A stretch of 64,000 nucleotides of DNA, taken from NCBI GenBank assembly GCA_963839245.1, contig CAWIUJ010000002.1, positions 125,795 to 189,794 on the forward strand, read 5' to 3'. Positions 48,153-58,856 of this stretch are shown here, piece by piece. The translations under genes were made by a program, and so were the position numbers. Under the pieces are notes generated by a model, which was not told the DNA's origin, searched no databases, and worked only from the letters and a program-made list of their open reading frames with translations. Numbering within the stretch: the first letter of the stretch is position 1; every line of letters starts with the position of its first letter. The DNA is from an uncultured Alphaproteobacteria bacterium. Its GTDB lineage: Bacteria > Pseudomonadota > Alphaproteobacteria > Rhizobiales > Methyloligellaceae.

Positions 48153-49385
48153 CTACTCGGCGGCGAGCCTCACATATTGGCCGTTGGCCACGGGGCAGCG
48201 GGTCCACAGCTCCTCGAGGGCCTGGATCAGATAGGCCATCTGTGCGTCGCTATGCACCGGCGACGGCGTGAGCCGCATGCGCTCGGTGCCGCGCGGTACG
48301 GTCGGGTAATTGATCGGCTGCACATAGATGCCATAGCCCTCGAGCAGCATGTCGGTGACCGCCTTGCAGTGCACGGGGTCGCCGACCATCACCGGTATGA
48401 TGTGGCTCGGATTGCCCATCACCGGCAGCTTCGCTTCGGTGAGCAGACGCTTCAACGTCGCCACGCACTCGTGAAGGCGATCGCGCTCCACGTCGCTCGA
48501 CTTGAGGTGGCGGATGCTGGCGAGCGCGCCGGCGGCGACAGCAGGGGCCAGCGAGGTGGTGAAGATGAAGCCCGGCGCGTAGGAGCGGATGGCGTCGCAA
48601 CAGGCTTTGCTCGCGGCGATGTAGCCGCCCATGACGCCGAAGCCCTTGGCGAGCGTGCCGTTGATGATGTCGATGCGGTCCATCACGCCTTCACGCTCGG
48701 CGATGCCGCCGCCGCGCGGGCCGTACAGGCCGACCGCATGGACCTCGTCGAGATAAGTGAGCGCGTTGTATTTCTCCGCAAGATCGGCGAACGCCGCGAT
48801 CGGGGCAATATGCCCATCCATCGAGTAGACGCTCTCGAAGACGACGATTTTCGGTGTACCGCGCGGGAATTTCTTGAGCTTGTCCTCGAGGTCTTCGACG
48901 TCGTTGTGGCGGAAGATGTGCTTCTCGCCGCCGCCATGGCGGATGCCCTGGATCATCGAGGCGTGGTTCTTCTCATCGGAGAAGATCACAAGGCCGGGGA
49001 TTAGTCTTTGAAGCGTGGAGAGCGTCGCGTCGTTGGCGATATAGGCGGAGGTGAACAGGAGGGCCGCTTCCTTGCCATGGAGATCGGCAAGCTCGGCCTC
49101 TAGCTCGACATGGTAATGCGTGGTGCCGGAGATATTGCGCGTGCCGCCCGAGCCGGCGCCGACTGCTTCGATCGCCTCATGCATCGCGGCGCGCACAGCC
49201 GGGTGCTGGCTCATGCCGAGATAGTCGTTGGAGCACCACACCGTCACATCGCGAACGCCGCCTGCGGTGAACTGCTCGGCGGCCGGATAGGCCCCGGACC
49301 GGCGCTTCAGCTCGGCGAAGACCCGGTAACGGCCCTCGCGGTGCAGTGCGTCCAGATGCTCACGGAAGTAAGTCTCATAATCCAT
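48153..49385 (-). CDS. hemA: 5-aminolevulinate synthase
   Basis: [46 protein letters not shown] lysine. Confidence 0.96.
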   Translation of the reverse strand: MDYETYFREHLDALHREGRYRVFAELKRRSGAYPAAEQFTAGGVRDVTVWCSNDYLGMSQHPAVRAAMHEAIEAVGAGSGGTRNISGTTHYHVELEAELADLHGKEAALLFTSAYIANDATLSTLQRLIPGLVIFSDEKNHASMIQGIRHGGGEKHIFRHNDVEDLEDKLKKFPRGTPKIVVFESVYSMDGHIAPIAAFADLAEKYNALTYLDEVHAVGLYGPRGGGIAEREGVMDRIDIINGTLAKGFGVMGGYIAASKACCDAIRSYAPGFIFTTSLAPAVAAGALASIRHLKSSDVERDRLHECVATLKRLLTEAKLPVMGNPSHIIPVMVGDPVHCKAVTDMLLEGYGIYVQPINYPTVPRGTERMRLTPSPVHSDAQMAYLIQALEELWTRCPVANGQYVRLAAE

Positions 49386-49715
49386 GTTTCTCAACCCAAA
49401 CTGCCCGGCGACCTGGGCTCTTTTGAAGCATAACGTTCAACGGAAATATAGGGGATTCGGTCTTCCTCTTTGCCTGTCAAAGCGTCACGCCAGAGGGCAA
49501 AATTGCCCAAAACCCCAATAAATTGACCGAACCTCGCCGTCGAGCCCGGAAAGAGCGACCACCAGGTCCCCTCTTAGCGGGGGCTTTCTTGAACGTAACC
49601 AAAACGGAGATCCAAGCCCCAGCCCCGTTTGCGTGGTTCAGCTTTCTAAATGCGGAGGAGTCGCCGCACCTTGACCTATCTCAAATAGGCCTGCGGCGCA
49701 GCCTTAAGTCAGTCA

Positions 49716-52250
49716 TTGACGGCGATGTGCCGGGGCATGAGAACTTCCGTCCTGACCCCGTTGAACAAGAAGACATTGGCCCGCAACCCACACTCATCTT
49801 CGTCTAAGAAACGGAACCGCAAGGGACCGCCGCCGCCGCAAGCCCGGGCGCCACTGGAGCCTGCGGCGAAGCGACCGGGCGGCCTCGCATCTCACCTCAC
49901 AGTTTGGATCGCGGTTGTCGTTGCGGCGGCGCTCGTCATCGCCGTCGGTCTGCTCTTCGGACTTTATAACTCGGGCGACGAGCCGCCTGCCGGCGTTGCC
50001 GACATGTCAGCCGAGAAGCTCAGCTTCGTCGGCAGCGAGACTTGCGCTGGGTGCCACCAGGCCGAGGCTACGGCGTGGCACGGCTCGCAGCATGCGCACG
50101 CCATGGCCCATGCCACCGAGCAAACCGTGCTCGGCGATTTCAACGACGCGAGCTTCGACTATTACGGCGTGCATTCGCGCTTCTTCCGTAAAGACGGCAA
50201 GTTCTTCGTCGAGACTGACGGCGCGGACGGCAAGCTCGCGAGCTTCGAGGTGAAATACACATTCGGCCTCGATCCGCTCCAGCAATATCTCATCGAATTT
50301 TCGGACGGCCGCATCCAGGCCCTGCCGCTTGCCTGGGACAGCCGTCCCAAGGAGAAGGGCGGCCAACGCTGGTTCCATCTCTATCCGAATGAGGACATCA
50401 CCCACGACGATGTCCTGCATTGGACGAAGCTGAACCAGAATTGGAACTTCATGTGCGCGGAGTGCCACTCGACCGGAGTGCGCAAGAATTACGACGCCGC
50501 GACCGATTGCTTCGCCACCACCTGGACAGAGATCAGCGTCGGCTGCGAGGCCTGCCATGGCCAGGGCTCTGCCCATGTCGCCTGGGCCAAGGCCAAGCAT
50601 AGCTGGTGGCCGTTCGGCGACAGCCAATCGAGCATGGGGCTGTTGGCGCGGTTTGATGAGCGCGCCGGCACGGTGTGGAGCCACGATCCCAAGACCGGCA
50701 ACCCGCAGCGGAGCGCTGCTCCGGCCAATCTACGCAAGGAGGTCGAGACTTGCGGGCGGTGCCACGCACGGCGAGGCCAAATCTCTGAGGACTGGATCCC
50801 CGGGCGCCCGCTTTCCGACACGCATATCGTAGCAATGCTGGCCGACGGCCTCTATCAGGCCGACGGTCAGATGCTCGACGAGGTCTACAATTACGGCTCG
50901 TTCAAGCAGAGCCGCATGTATGCCGCGGGCGTGACGTGCAGCGATTGCCACGACCCGCACAGGGCCAAGCTCAAGCTCGCAGGCGACAATGTCTGTCTGC
51001 AATGCCACTCCGCCGACACTTACGCGACGGCGGCGCATAACCACCACGAGGGCGCAAACCCGGCCGTCGGCTGCGTGTCCTGCCATATGCCGGCGCGGAG
51101 CTACATGGTGGTCGATCGCCGCCACGACCATAGCTTCCGCGTGCCGCGACCCGATCTCTCGGCCAAGCTCGGCACCAACAATGCCTGCAACGATTGCCAC
51201 ACCGACAAATCGTCGGATTGGGCGGCAGCGGCGATCGAGGGCTGGTTCGGTCCGAACCGGGAGGGCTTGCAGACCTATGGGCCTGCGTTCCACGCCGCTT
51301 GGCATGACGAGCCGGGCGCTGCGACGCTGCTCGCCGCCGTTGCCGCGGATACGAAAGCTCCGGCTTTTGCCAGGGCAAGTGCGCTCGCCGACCTCGCCGG
51401 ATCGCTAACGCCTGCCAATCTTGGCTTGGCGCAAAAGGGCGCTGCCAATCCCGATCCTATGTTGCGGATGGCCGCGCTCGACATGCTCGACGGCGTGCCG
51501 CCCGAGCAACTGTGGCCGGTCCTCTCGCCGCTCCTGTCCGATCCAATCCGCGGCGTGCGCCTGCGTGCCGCGTCCTTGCTCGCCGCCATGCCGGGCGACA
51601 AGCTGTCGGAGAGCGACCGTAAGCGGCTCGACCAAGCCTTCCAGGAGTTCCTCGCCGCGCAGCGGCTGAATGCGGACAGGCCCGAGGCGCGAGCGATGCT
51701 CGGCAGCGTCTATGCCCGGCGCGGGCAAACGACAGAGGCCGAAGCTGAGTTCAAGGCGGCGCTCAAGCTTAGCCCGGCCTATGGACCGGCGTCGGCCAAC
51801 CTCGCCGATCTCTATCGGCAGCTGGGGCGCGAGGCCGACGCGGAAAGTGTGTTGCGCAAGGCCATCGAGCCCTCGCCGAAGGATGCCGGGCTGCATCACG
51901 CGCTTGGCTTGGCGCTGGTGCGCCTCAAACGCGAGGACGAGGCCATTGCCGAGTTACGCCGCGCCGCCGAGCTCGAGCCGGACCGCGCGCGCTACGCCTA
52001 TGTCTACGCCGTCGGGCTCGAGGCAAGCGGGCATCGCAGCGACGCGATCGAGGTGCTCAAGGACAATTTGGCGCGCCACCCGGAGGACCGCGACACCCTG
52101 TCCGCGTTGATCGGCTTCAATCGCGACGCTGGAGATGCCGCCGCAGCGCTCCAATACGCTGAGCAGCTTGCCCGGCTCGAGCCGACTAATGCCGAGCTCA
52201 AAGCGCTGATCGAGACGCTGCGGTCCTCAGGTTCGGCCCCGGCGCGATGA
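49716..52250 (+). CDS. Membrane-anchored octaheme c-type cytochrome with HEAT/TPR C-terminus
   Basis: Eight CxxCH motifs (CAGCH, CAECH, CEACH, CGRCH, CSDCH, CLQCH, CVSCH, CNDCH), N-terminal TM, C-terminal TPR-like helices; exact start uncertain. Confidence 0.88.
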   Translation: MTAMCRGMRTSVLTPLNKKTLARNPHSSSSKKRNRKGPPPPQARAPLEPAAKRPGGLASHLTVWIAVVVAAALVIAVGLLFGLYNSGDEPPAGVADMSAEKLSFVGSETCAGCHQAEATAWHGSQHAHAMAHATEQTVLGDFNDASFDYYGVHSRFFRKDGKFFVETDGADGKLASFEVKYTFGLDPLQQYLIEFSDGRIQALPLAWDSRPKEKGGQRWFHLYPNEDITHDDVLHWTKLNQNWNFMCAECHSTGVRKNYDAATDCFATTWTEISVGCEACHGQGSAHVAWAKAKHSWWPFGDSQSSMGLLARFDERAGTVWSHDPKTGNPQRSAAPANLRKEVETCGRCHARRGQISEDWIPGRPLSDTHIVAMLADGLYQADGQMLDEVYNYGSFKQSRMYAAGVTCSDCHDPHRAKLKLAGDNVCLQCHSADTYATAAHNHHEGANPAVGCVSCHMPARSYMVVDRRHDHSFRVPRPDLSAKLGTNNACNDCHTDKSSDWAAAAIEGWFGPNREGLQTYGPAFHAAWHDEPGAATLLAAVAADTKAPAFARASALADLAGSLTPANLGLAQKGAANPDPMLRMAALDMLDGVPPEQLWPVLSPLLSDPIRGVRLRAASLLAAMPGDKLSESDRKRLDQAFQEFLAAQRLNADRPEARAMLGSVYARRGQTTEAEAEFKAALKLSPAYGPASANLADLYRQLGREADAESVLRKAIEPSPKDAGLHHALGLALVRLKREDEAIAELRRAAELEPDRARYAYVYAVGLEASGHRSDAIEVLKDNLARHPEDRDTLSALIGFNRDAGDAAAALQYAEQLARLEPTNAELKALIETLRSSGSAPAR

Positions 52251-52446
52251 AGCGCTCAAGCGTATTGAAGGTGTCTTTACGGGGTTCGTTTATCGCCTTC
52301 GGCACCGGTGGCGAATTTGCCGCTGTCGCCGCGAGACTTTGCTGCCACATGGCGCGTTCTGCAGATATATCTATGCGAGGAGTCTGGCGGTTGCAGGACC
52401 GTCACCGGCGGCAAAGTAGCGCGGAACTATACACAGGAGGAGCGTA

Positions 52447-52932
52447 ATGGCTGAGCAGGCGATTTCCCGTGAGGAATTGGCGAGACTGTTGAACGAGGTC
52501 CTGTCGCGCGAATATCAGGCGATCATCGCCTATGTCGTCTATTCGCAGGTGCTGAAGGGTGCGGAATATATGAATATCGCCGATCAGCTCGAGCAGCACG
52601 CCCGTCAGGAGCTTCAGCACGCGCTTACGATATCCCGCCAGATCGACTATCTCGGCGAGATGCCCACGGTCACCGCGAAGCCGGTGCGCTACTCGGACAA
52701 GCCGCGGGAAATGCTCAATTTCGACCTCGATAAAGAGAACGAGACCATCCGCAACTATCGTGAGCGGGTGCGGCAATGCGAGGCTCTCGGCGAGTTTGCC
52801 ATGGCCGAGCAGATCCGCGAGATTCTCGTGCAAGAGCAGGATCATCAGATCGATCTGGCCACGGCTCTCGGCGAGGACGTGCCGGATCTCGGCAGACTGA
52901 AGGGCTGGAAGGCGCCCAAGCGAAGCCGCTGA
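52447..52932 (+). CDS. Ferritin-like (bacterioferritin-related) diiron protein
   Basis: REYQAII, QELQHA, KENETI, QEQDH carboxylate/His pattern; GGAGGAG RBS. Confidence 0.85.
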   Translation: MAEQAISREELARLLNEVLSREYQAIIAYVVYSQVLKGAEYMNIADQLEQHARQELQHALTISRQIDYLGEMPTVTAKPVRYSDKPREMLNFDLDKENETIRNYRERVRQCEALGEFAMAEQIREILVQEQDHQIDLATALGEDVPDLGRLKGWKAPKRSR

Positions 52933-53002
52933 TCGCTTTAGCATCGGGGGGGAAATCGAGAGGTCTCTTCAACAGGCTTCAGCAAACCTAGGAGGAAATG
53001 TC

Positions 53003-53275
53003 ATGCAAGCCACCTGGCAACCCCACACCGAGCATGGTGACCTGACCACCAGAAGCAATTTGCCGGAAAGCGTGTTCGCCTTTCCACGCCAGCGGAAAGA
53101 GCCGTTGACGGACGCGAACCACGTCAGAGACGCGCTGGCGCGCTTCGACCAAGTCGAGGGCGTCTCCGACACCGACCGCGAGCTCGCTTTCGCCAACATC
53201 AAGAAGGCGGCAGCGCATTATGGCGTCGCCATGAAAGAAAGTAGCTGGCGCGAGCTCGGCAAGAAGTCCCGGTAG
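53003..53275 (+). CDS. Small conserved protein (DUF6582-like)
   Basis: LPESVFAFPRQRKEPLTDANHVRDALARFDQV; AGGAGG RBS. Confidence 0.78.
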   Translation: MQATWQPHTEHGDLTTRSNLPESVFAFPRQRKEPLTDANHVRDALARFDQVEGVSDTDRELAFANIKKAAAHYGVAMKESSWRELGKKSR

Positions 53276-53493
53276 CGAGTGCGACTTCAAGCTCCGCAAA
53301 TCCTCTGCCGAGGGGGCGGGGCTTGACTGACCCCTCGGCAACCCGTTTCATGCCTCGCTATCGTGGCTGACCCGGCAGGCACCTCTTTCGGGTCAGGAGT
53401 TCTTGGGCTCCATAAATCGTTGAGTTTACAAGCCTTCTGCTCGGCCACCGCCGGGGAGCATCGAGCGAAGCCTGGGGTGACGTTGAGGGGTCT

Positions 53494-55062
53494 ATGAGCG
53501 CTACTGAGGTACCTGCCACCGACCGGAAGGCCATCTTCGGTCGCGATCTGTTGGCGTCCATCGTCGTTTTCCTGGTGGCTCTGCCACTGTGCATGGGCAT
53601 CTCGATCGCCTCCGGCATGCCGCCCACCACCGGTATCATCACCGGCATCATCGGCGGCATCGTCGTCGGCTTCTTGGCCGGCTCGCCGCTCCAGGTGAGC
53701 GGGCCAGCGGCGGGCTTGAGCGTGCTCGTGCTGCAATTCGTGCAGGAGCAGGGCGCCGAGATGCTGGGCGTCGTCGTGCTGTTTGCCGGCCTGTTGCAGA
53801 TCGCCGCCGGTCTGTCCAAGCTTGGGCAATGGTTCCGCGCCGTGTCGCCCGCGGTGGTCTATGGCATGCTCGCGGGTATCGGCGTGTTGATCCTCGCCTC
53901 CCAGTTTCACGTCATGCTGGACTACAAGCCGGTTGGCACGGGCATCCAGAACTTCCTCGGTATTCCCGCTGCATTGATGTCGGCGATCAACGCCGGCGAC
54001 TCCCATCTGTCGGCGGCCGAGATTGGGCTCCTGACCATCGTCACGATTGTGCTGTGGGGCTCGGTGACGCCGAGGAGCTGGCGCATCGTGCCGGCGCCCC
54101 TGGTCGGCGTGCTGGTCGGAATGCTTGCCGCAGCGGTCTTTAAGCTCGATGCAATTCATTACATCCAAGTCCCCAACAACATCTGGTCGGTGACGGTATT
54201 CCCGACCACCGAGAAGCTCATGCGCCTCACGGAGCCCTCGATCCTGATCAGCGCCATCTCGATCGCCTTCATCGCCAGCGCCGAGACGCTGTTATGCGCG
54301 ACGGCCGTGGATCAGATGCATCGCGGCCCGCGCACCAACTACAACCGCGAGCTTGCCGCGCAAGGTGTGGGCAATGCGATTTGCGGCTTTCTCGGCGTGT
54401 TGCCGATGACCGGGGTCATCGTGCGTTCCAGCGCCAATGTGCATGCCGGCGCGGTGACGCGCACTTCGGCGATCCTGCACGGCGTGTGGCTCTTGCTGTT
54501 CGCGAGCGCTCTGCCGTTCACCTTGCTCTACGTGCCGGTCTCGGTCTTGGCCGCGGTGCTGGTCTACACTGGCTACAAGCTCGCTTATCCGAAGATCGTT
54601 CCAAGCTTGCTCAAATTCGGCAAGAGCGAGGTGTTCATCTACGCCGTGACCGTGGTGACCATCGTAGCGACCAATCTGTTGACCGGCGTGCTGGTCGGTC
54701 TCGGCCTGTCGCTTCTGAAGTTGCTCTATGTCTTCTCCCACCTCGTGGTGCGCAAGGAGGAGACGCCTGAGAACAACCGGGTCGATCTCTATCTGAGCGG
54801 CGCGGCGACGCTGGTCCGGCTGCCATTGCTTGCCGCTGAGCTCGAAATGCTGAAACCAAGCTCGCATGTGCATGTGCATATCAACGAGCTCGATTATATG
54901 GATCACGCCTGCATAGACCTCCTGACCAATTGGGACCGTCAGCACGCCACCACCGGCGGCTCGCTCACCATCGAATGGGATGAGTTGTCGCGCAAATATC
55001 ATCAGCGCCGCGGTCCCAAGGCGAGAGCCGCCCATGCCGCCAGTCGTGTGAGCGCCGGCTGA
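53494..55062 (+). CDS. SulP/SLC26 anion transporter (possibly bicarbonate)
   Basis: DLLASIVVFLVALPLCMGISIASG, QVSGPAAG, ELAAQGVGN, GVIVRSSAN, C-terminal STAS-like segment. Confidence 0.92.
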   Translation: MSATEVPATDRKAIFGRDLLASIVVFLVALPLCMGISIASGMPPTTGIITGIIGGIVVGFLAGSPLQVSGPAAGLSVLVLQFVQEQGAEMLGVVVLFAGLLQIAAGLSKLGQWFRAVSPAVVYGMLAGIGVLILASQFHVMLDYKPVGTGIQNFLGIPAALMSAINAGDSHLSAAEIGLLTIVTIVLWGSVTPRSWRIVPAPLVGVLVGMLAAAVFKLDAIHYIQVPNNIWSVTVFPTTEKLMRLTEPSILISAISIAFIASAETLLCATAVDQMHRGPRTNYNRELAAQGVGNAICGFLGVLPMTGVIVRSSANVHAGAVTRTSAILHGVWLLLFASALPFTLLYVPVSVLAAVLVYTGYKLAYPKIVPSLLKFGKSEVFIYAVTVVTIVATNLLTGVLVGLGLSLLKLLYVFSHLVVRKEETPENNRVDLYLSGAATLVRLPLLAAELEMLKPSSHVHVHINELDYMDHACIDLLTNWDRQHATTGGSLTIEWDELSRKYHQRRGPKARAAHAASRVSAG

Positions 55063-55178
55063 CGGCGGGCGGGCGCGCATCTCAATCGAGCTTCTATACG
55101 GCTCGAACTCGTCCTGAATGACGGTCGCCGTCGACCGGAGGCAGTCCATCACCATCGTCATAGTCCTCGCCAAGTAGG

Positions 55179-55192
55179 ATTGGTGCCCCAGG
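55179..55192. repeat. att-like 14-bp direct repeat of the tRNA-Leu 3' end
   Basis: ATTGGTGCCCCAGG at 55179-55192 is identical to 61175-61188, which overlaps the tRNA CCA end. Confidence 0.85.
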
Positions 55193-55483
55193 GGCGAGCC
55201 TCAATCATCAAAACTCAATTTTTTTGTCGCAGTTGCTCTGACAACACAGATGCTTCGGCGAGTGATTTTTTCATGTTTCTCTAGCGAATACAGACTCCTG
55301 GAGGAGTGGATTGCTTCTCAGCTTGTGGCGCGAGTCCGGCGTTCTTCGGCTATCCGCGAATTCACGAAGAAAGGCGCTTACCTTCGGACCAAAAGAATGC
55401 ATAGTTTAAAGCGGGAGGGAGAACCAAAGGGGTTACGCTTCCTAAAAGGATTACGCCGAACGTCCTAAACGCGGAGGGACGCC

Positions 55484-56560
55484 ATGACGCGTTTGGTCGC
55501 CTCTCTTGTGCGCGTTTTATCTCTCATACTACGCATCATGTTTCCTTGCTCGCTCATGTTGCTTGCGAGCTGCACCAAACCGACGGTATTTCCACGATAT
55601 TTGACCGTCGCCGATGTCATCAACAATGTCAAATGCGAGCTCTACCTAGCAATCCTGGAAACCCCGGGTTCGACTTGGCTCGGCGCCTGGGCCGCAAAAT
55701 TTTCGGTTGTTCTTCAGGTGAACTCGGGAGACTGGCGGTACCGGAGACCTGACGTTGGTAGTGCCGTATACGCATCCAGGCATCGGCCTATTTACCATTG
55801 TGGCGGGCGGGGCTGTGACGAAGAATGGCCAGAGCCGGATGACTTTCAACTTTGACGCCGAGCCGAACCTAAACCTCTTCATGTCGAAGGATCAGTGCGG
55901 CTATCTGCGGCAGCTCAATGGTCGCAACAATCTAGCGGGGGAGACAGGGCTGCGTCTTTGGTTCGGAAACTTGATTGAAGGGATCAACCAAGCGCGCATC
56001 GTGAAACAATCGACGGGGTTCATCTACTCTATCGAGTTTATAACGACGTTGGAAGGACACATTAGGCCGTCCTTCCAAACGACCTATCCGTCCCGGAAAA
56101 TATTTTCAGGGGCTTTCGCTGCAAATCATAGTCGCAAGGACGACAACACGTTGACGGTGACTTTCGCCCCGTATGCGAAGCCCGTGCCCTTTGCTGCTAC
56201 GGACCTTGGGAAGGCCTTAGCTAAAATAGATGCAGACCTGGCCAAGGCGCAGGAGAAAAGGAAGGGCGCCAAAACTGAGTTAACAGCAAAAAATAGCGCC
56301 CTTGAGACTGCGGCAAAGGCTCCTCCTGGCGCGGCTTTTCCTCAGCCGCTTTCAGATCTTAAAGCTAGCGCGGAAGCTGCGCAGGCTCAGTTCAATAAGG
56401 CTGACGAAGAGGTGAGAAGCCTGGAAAGTGAACGAGAAGCCTTAAGCGCTTCTGCTAAGGCGGCTTCTAAGGCCGCCCGCGAAGCCGCGGCTGCTTCCAC
56501 CGACAATCAGCTAAACAACCTGATTTGCTCGATGCCATCCGTAATATTCCGCGCCTGTAG
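55484..56560 (+). pseudogene. Putative lipoprotein of unknown function with beta-rich core and coiled-coil tail; two frameshifts
   Basis: Lipobox-like LLASC; VADVINNVKCEL...WAAKFSVVLQVN; shift near 55725 to ETGGTGDLTLVVPY...; one extra T at about 56524 gives the ending QLNNLILLDAIRNIPRL-stop. Confidence 0.6.
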
Positions 56561-56666
56561 CCATCAGTTCCCCTTTTTAGGTATTCTCGACGCGTCCGAT
56601 GCCCAGCGCACCTTCAGCTGGACGGTTTGGTTGCGCAGGAAGGTTGCTACATCCATATAGTCTCCG

Positions 56667-57047
56667 ATGGGACACGTTTTTTTCAGCTTAGGTTTGGCTG
56701 GGGCCATTTGCGGATGGGGGTGGTCCAGCCTCGCCCACGCGCAGGCTGTGACCGCCGGTCTGCAAGACTCTGGGGACCCGCCTCACGTGCTCGTCGCCCA
56801 TAATGGGGCTTGTAAGGAAAGAGCGCTGGCGGCCGGACTGAGAGCGCGCAACGCGGAGGAACGCGCCATCCTTGCCGACCAAGGGGCTGACGCGGTCGAG
56901 CCTTCGGTCATAGCAGTAAAAGTCAAGAGAAGGGGGACGAGACGGTCTTCCGACCCGACTTCGGGACATCGGGTCAACGAAGAAACGAGGCGGCAGCTTG
57001 ATGAGTTGCTATTGCTGGATGCCTTGCGGCGTGCTGGCCAACGGTAG
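56667..57047 (+). CDS. Small exported hypothetical protein
   Basis: Hydrophobic N-terminus ending AHA; C-terminus RRQLDELLLLDALRRAGQR. Confidence 0.5.
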   Translation: MGHVFFSLGLAGAICGWGWSSLAHAQAVTAGLQDSGDPPHVLVAHNGACKERALAAGLRARNAEERAILADQGADAVEPSVIAVKVKRRGTRRSSDPTSGHRVNEETRRQLDELLLLDALRRAGQR

Positions 57048-57243
57048 GGCGCGCTTGCAACAGGGCCTAACTGGCGTCCAGTTACTGGCGAGCGTTGGCC
57101 GTTTGCAAACTGCCTTCGTGTCCTTCGCACAGCAAGTGTCCCCCATGCAACGCTTGCAAGCGGGGGCAGCGACGGCAATTGGGACGAAACTAGGGCTATT
57201 GATAAGCATGCGCGCTTCATTGATTTACTCCCTGAGTGCGCGC

Positions 57244-58759
57244 TCATTGCTCCGGGGCGATGCCCGGATGCCCAATCTCCAATGTCACTTTATCATCAAT
57301 GGCCGCGTTATCCGTGTCGGACACCGACAAGGTAATGCTCGAAGATGCGTACCCCGCCGCGCTCAACGCTTCGACGACAGCTGCCTGTCGCATTAATAAC
57401 CGCAGCGGGTCTCCAGGCCGGTCTCGATGTCCCTGATAGCGATGGCCGATGACCTTGAACTTTGCCGTAAGGGGCTCCCTCTTAAGGCCTGCGATCTCGC
57501 CTTTACTTTCGTTATCCAAGCGTTCGACACCAGGCTGCAGATCCGGCATGAAACCAAGGTCGACCTCCCGCGATGTCCACGTATTTTTCTTAAGCTTTGC
57601 TTTCCGATTAACCCAATCTCCGCGTTTCTCGATTGACGGTTTGGTTTTGATCTTATCCGAAGTCGATGGTGGCAATTGTATCTCTTGTATCTCTTCCATC
57701 GTATTATCAGAAGTCAATGCTGGCAATTGTATCGGTTCCACCGGCCAATGCTCTATCTGTTCTGTTGCTGCCTGGTAGAAATATCCTCCCCCATATGCCA
57801 ATTTCAGTTTTCGTAATAAGTCTATCCCTTGTTCGGGGTTTTTAGCTTTAGCGGACATTGCATTCTGGAATATTCTTTCCTCAACATTGAACTCCCTTTG
57901 GGTAGGAACGAAGATGAACTCATGTCCAGGCATGCTGGTTATAGTTGGTGCTTGGCCATCCGGTAAGCTGGCTTGGATGCTCTGCATCTTCACGGTGATT
58001 TCCGCGAAGAAATCGCTCTGTCGTATGTCCGGGGCGATGCTCGAGACGAAGGCCCCAGCAAATGGTCCTACGTCTTGTCCATTGATGGTATCGCCGGCCT
58101 TTTTACCGTTGAGAGTTGCGAAGGCGAGAATTACCCTGCTGTCGTCCAGAGGAGGAAACGCTGGAACTTCCCCTAACTTTTCAAGCGGCTTTGGCCAGGC
58201 ATCATCGCGGCAAGCATCAACGATGATAAAGTTGAGAGGGTTATTCGCATAGGAAAATGCGTCATAAAGCAATCGAAGGGGGATCAGTTCTTCTTCGAAG
58301 TCCCTTTCGTATCGAATTAGGTTGTCGTGCGGAACAAGGTACATTTGACGGTTGTGCTGAAGGCCGTGCCCTGAAAAATACACGAGTCCAACGCCACCTA
58401 CTTTGCGGAGTGTTTCGGCAAGATCGTAGATGGCTTTCTTTATGCTCTGACGATCGGTCATCCACCGCTCGCCCTTTTTGAAGTCGGGGGCTCTGGATCG
58501 ACCAGCTCGTTCACAATAAAGCTAGCGTCCTCCAACGACTTGCTGACAGAATCCGCGTCGTGTGTTGGACTGGTCAAAGACAAGAAGCCATTCCCTTCTT
58601 CGAGGTTCTAAACCCCGATCACCAAGGCGTTCCTCGGCGCTAAAGATATCCAGGGGATCCACGATAAATCTCGACTTTCGGAAGCTGTGGGTTTTCGGCG
58701 GCCGCCGATCTCACCAGAAGTAAACTCAAACCCAGCAGCAACGTGCCCAACGGCCTCAT
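57244..58759 (-). pseudogene. Exported caspase-like (peptidase C14) protease with long C-terminal extension; 5' part disrupted
   Basis: YFSGHG (His) and IIVDACR (Cys) dyad in ORF 57244-58461. Upstream fragments MRPLGTLLLGLSLLLVRSAAA, RNALVIGV, LTSPTHDADSVSKSL are joined across a shift at about 58640, a TAG at 58608-58610 and a G-run shift at 58486-58490. Confidence 0.8.
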
Positions 58760-58856
58760 AGCATAGCGCCTCGAAAATGACGTTCCCACTGCACTTAGTT
58801 TGTGCCATTATGTCCAATTATTTGGTGGTGCGGCAATTATTTTTGCAATCGGAGGG

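Noticed and set aside
49630-49655. Irr/ICE iron-control box between hemA and the octaheme gene
   Set aside because: Only the TTCTAAA half-site is present.
52880-52932. Encapsulin targeting peptide on the ferritin-like protein
   Set aside because: DLGRLKG is only a weak match to the consensus and no encapsulin gene is in the window.
57050-57240. Additional Cys-rich gene between the island ORFs
   Set aside because: One frame reads Cys-rich (CKLPSCPSHSKCPPCNAC) but has stops and no start or RBS; it cannot be supported.
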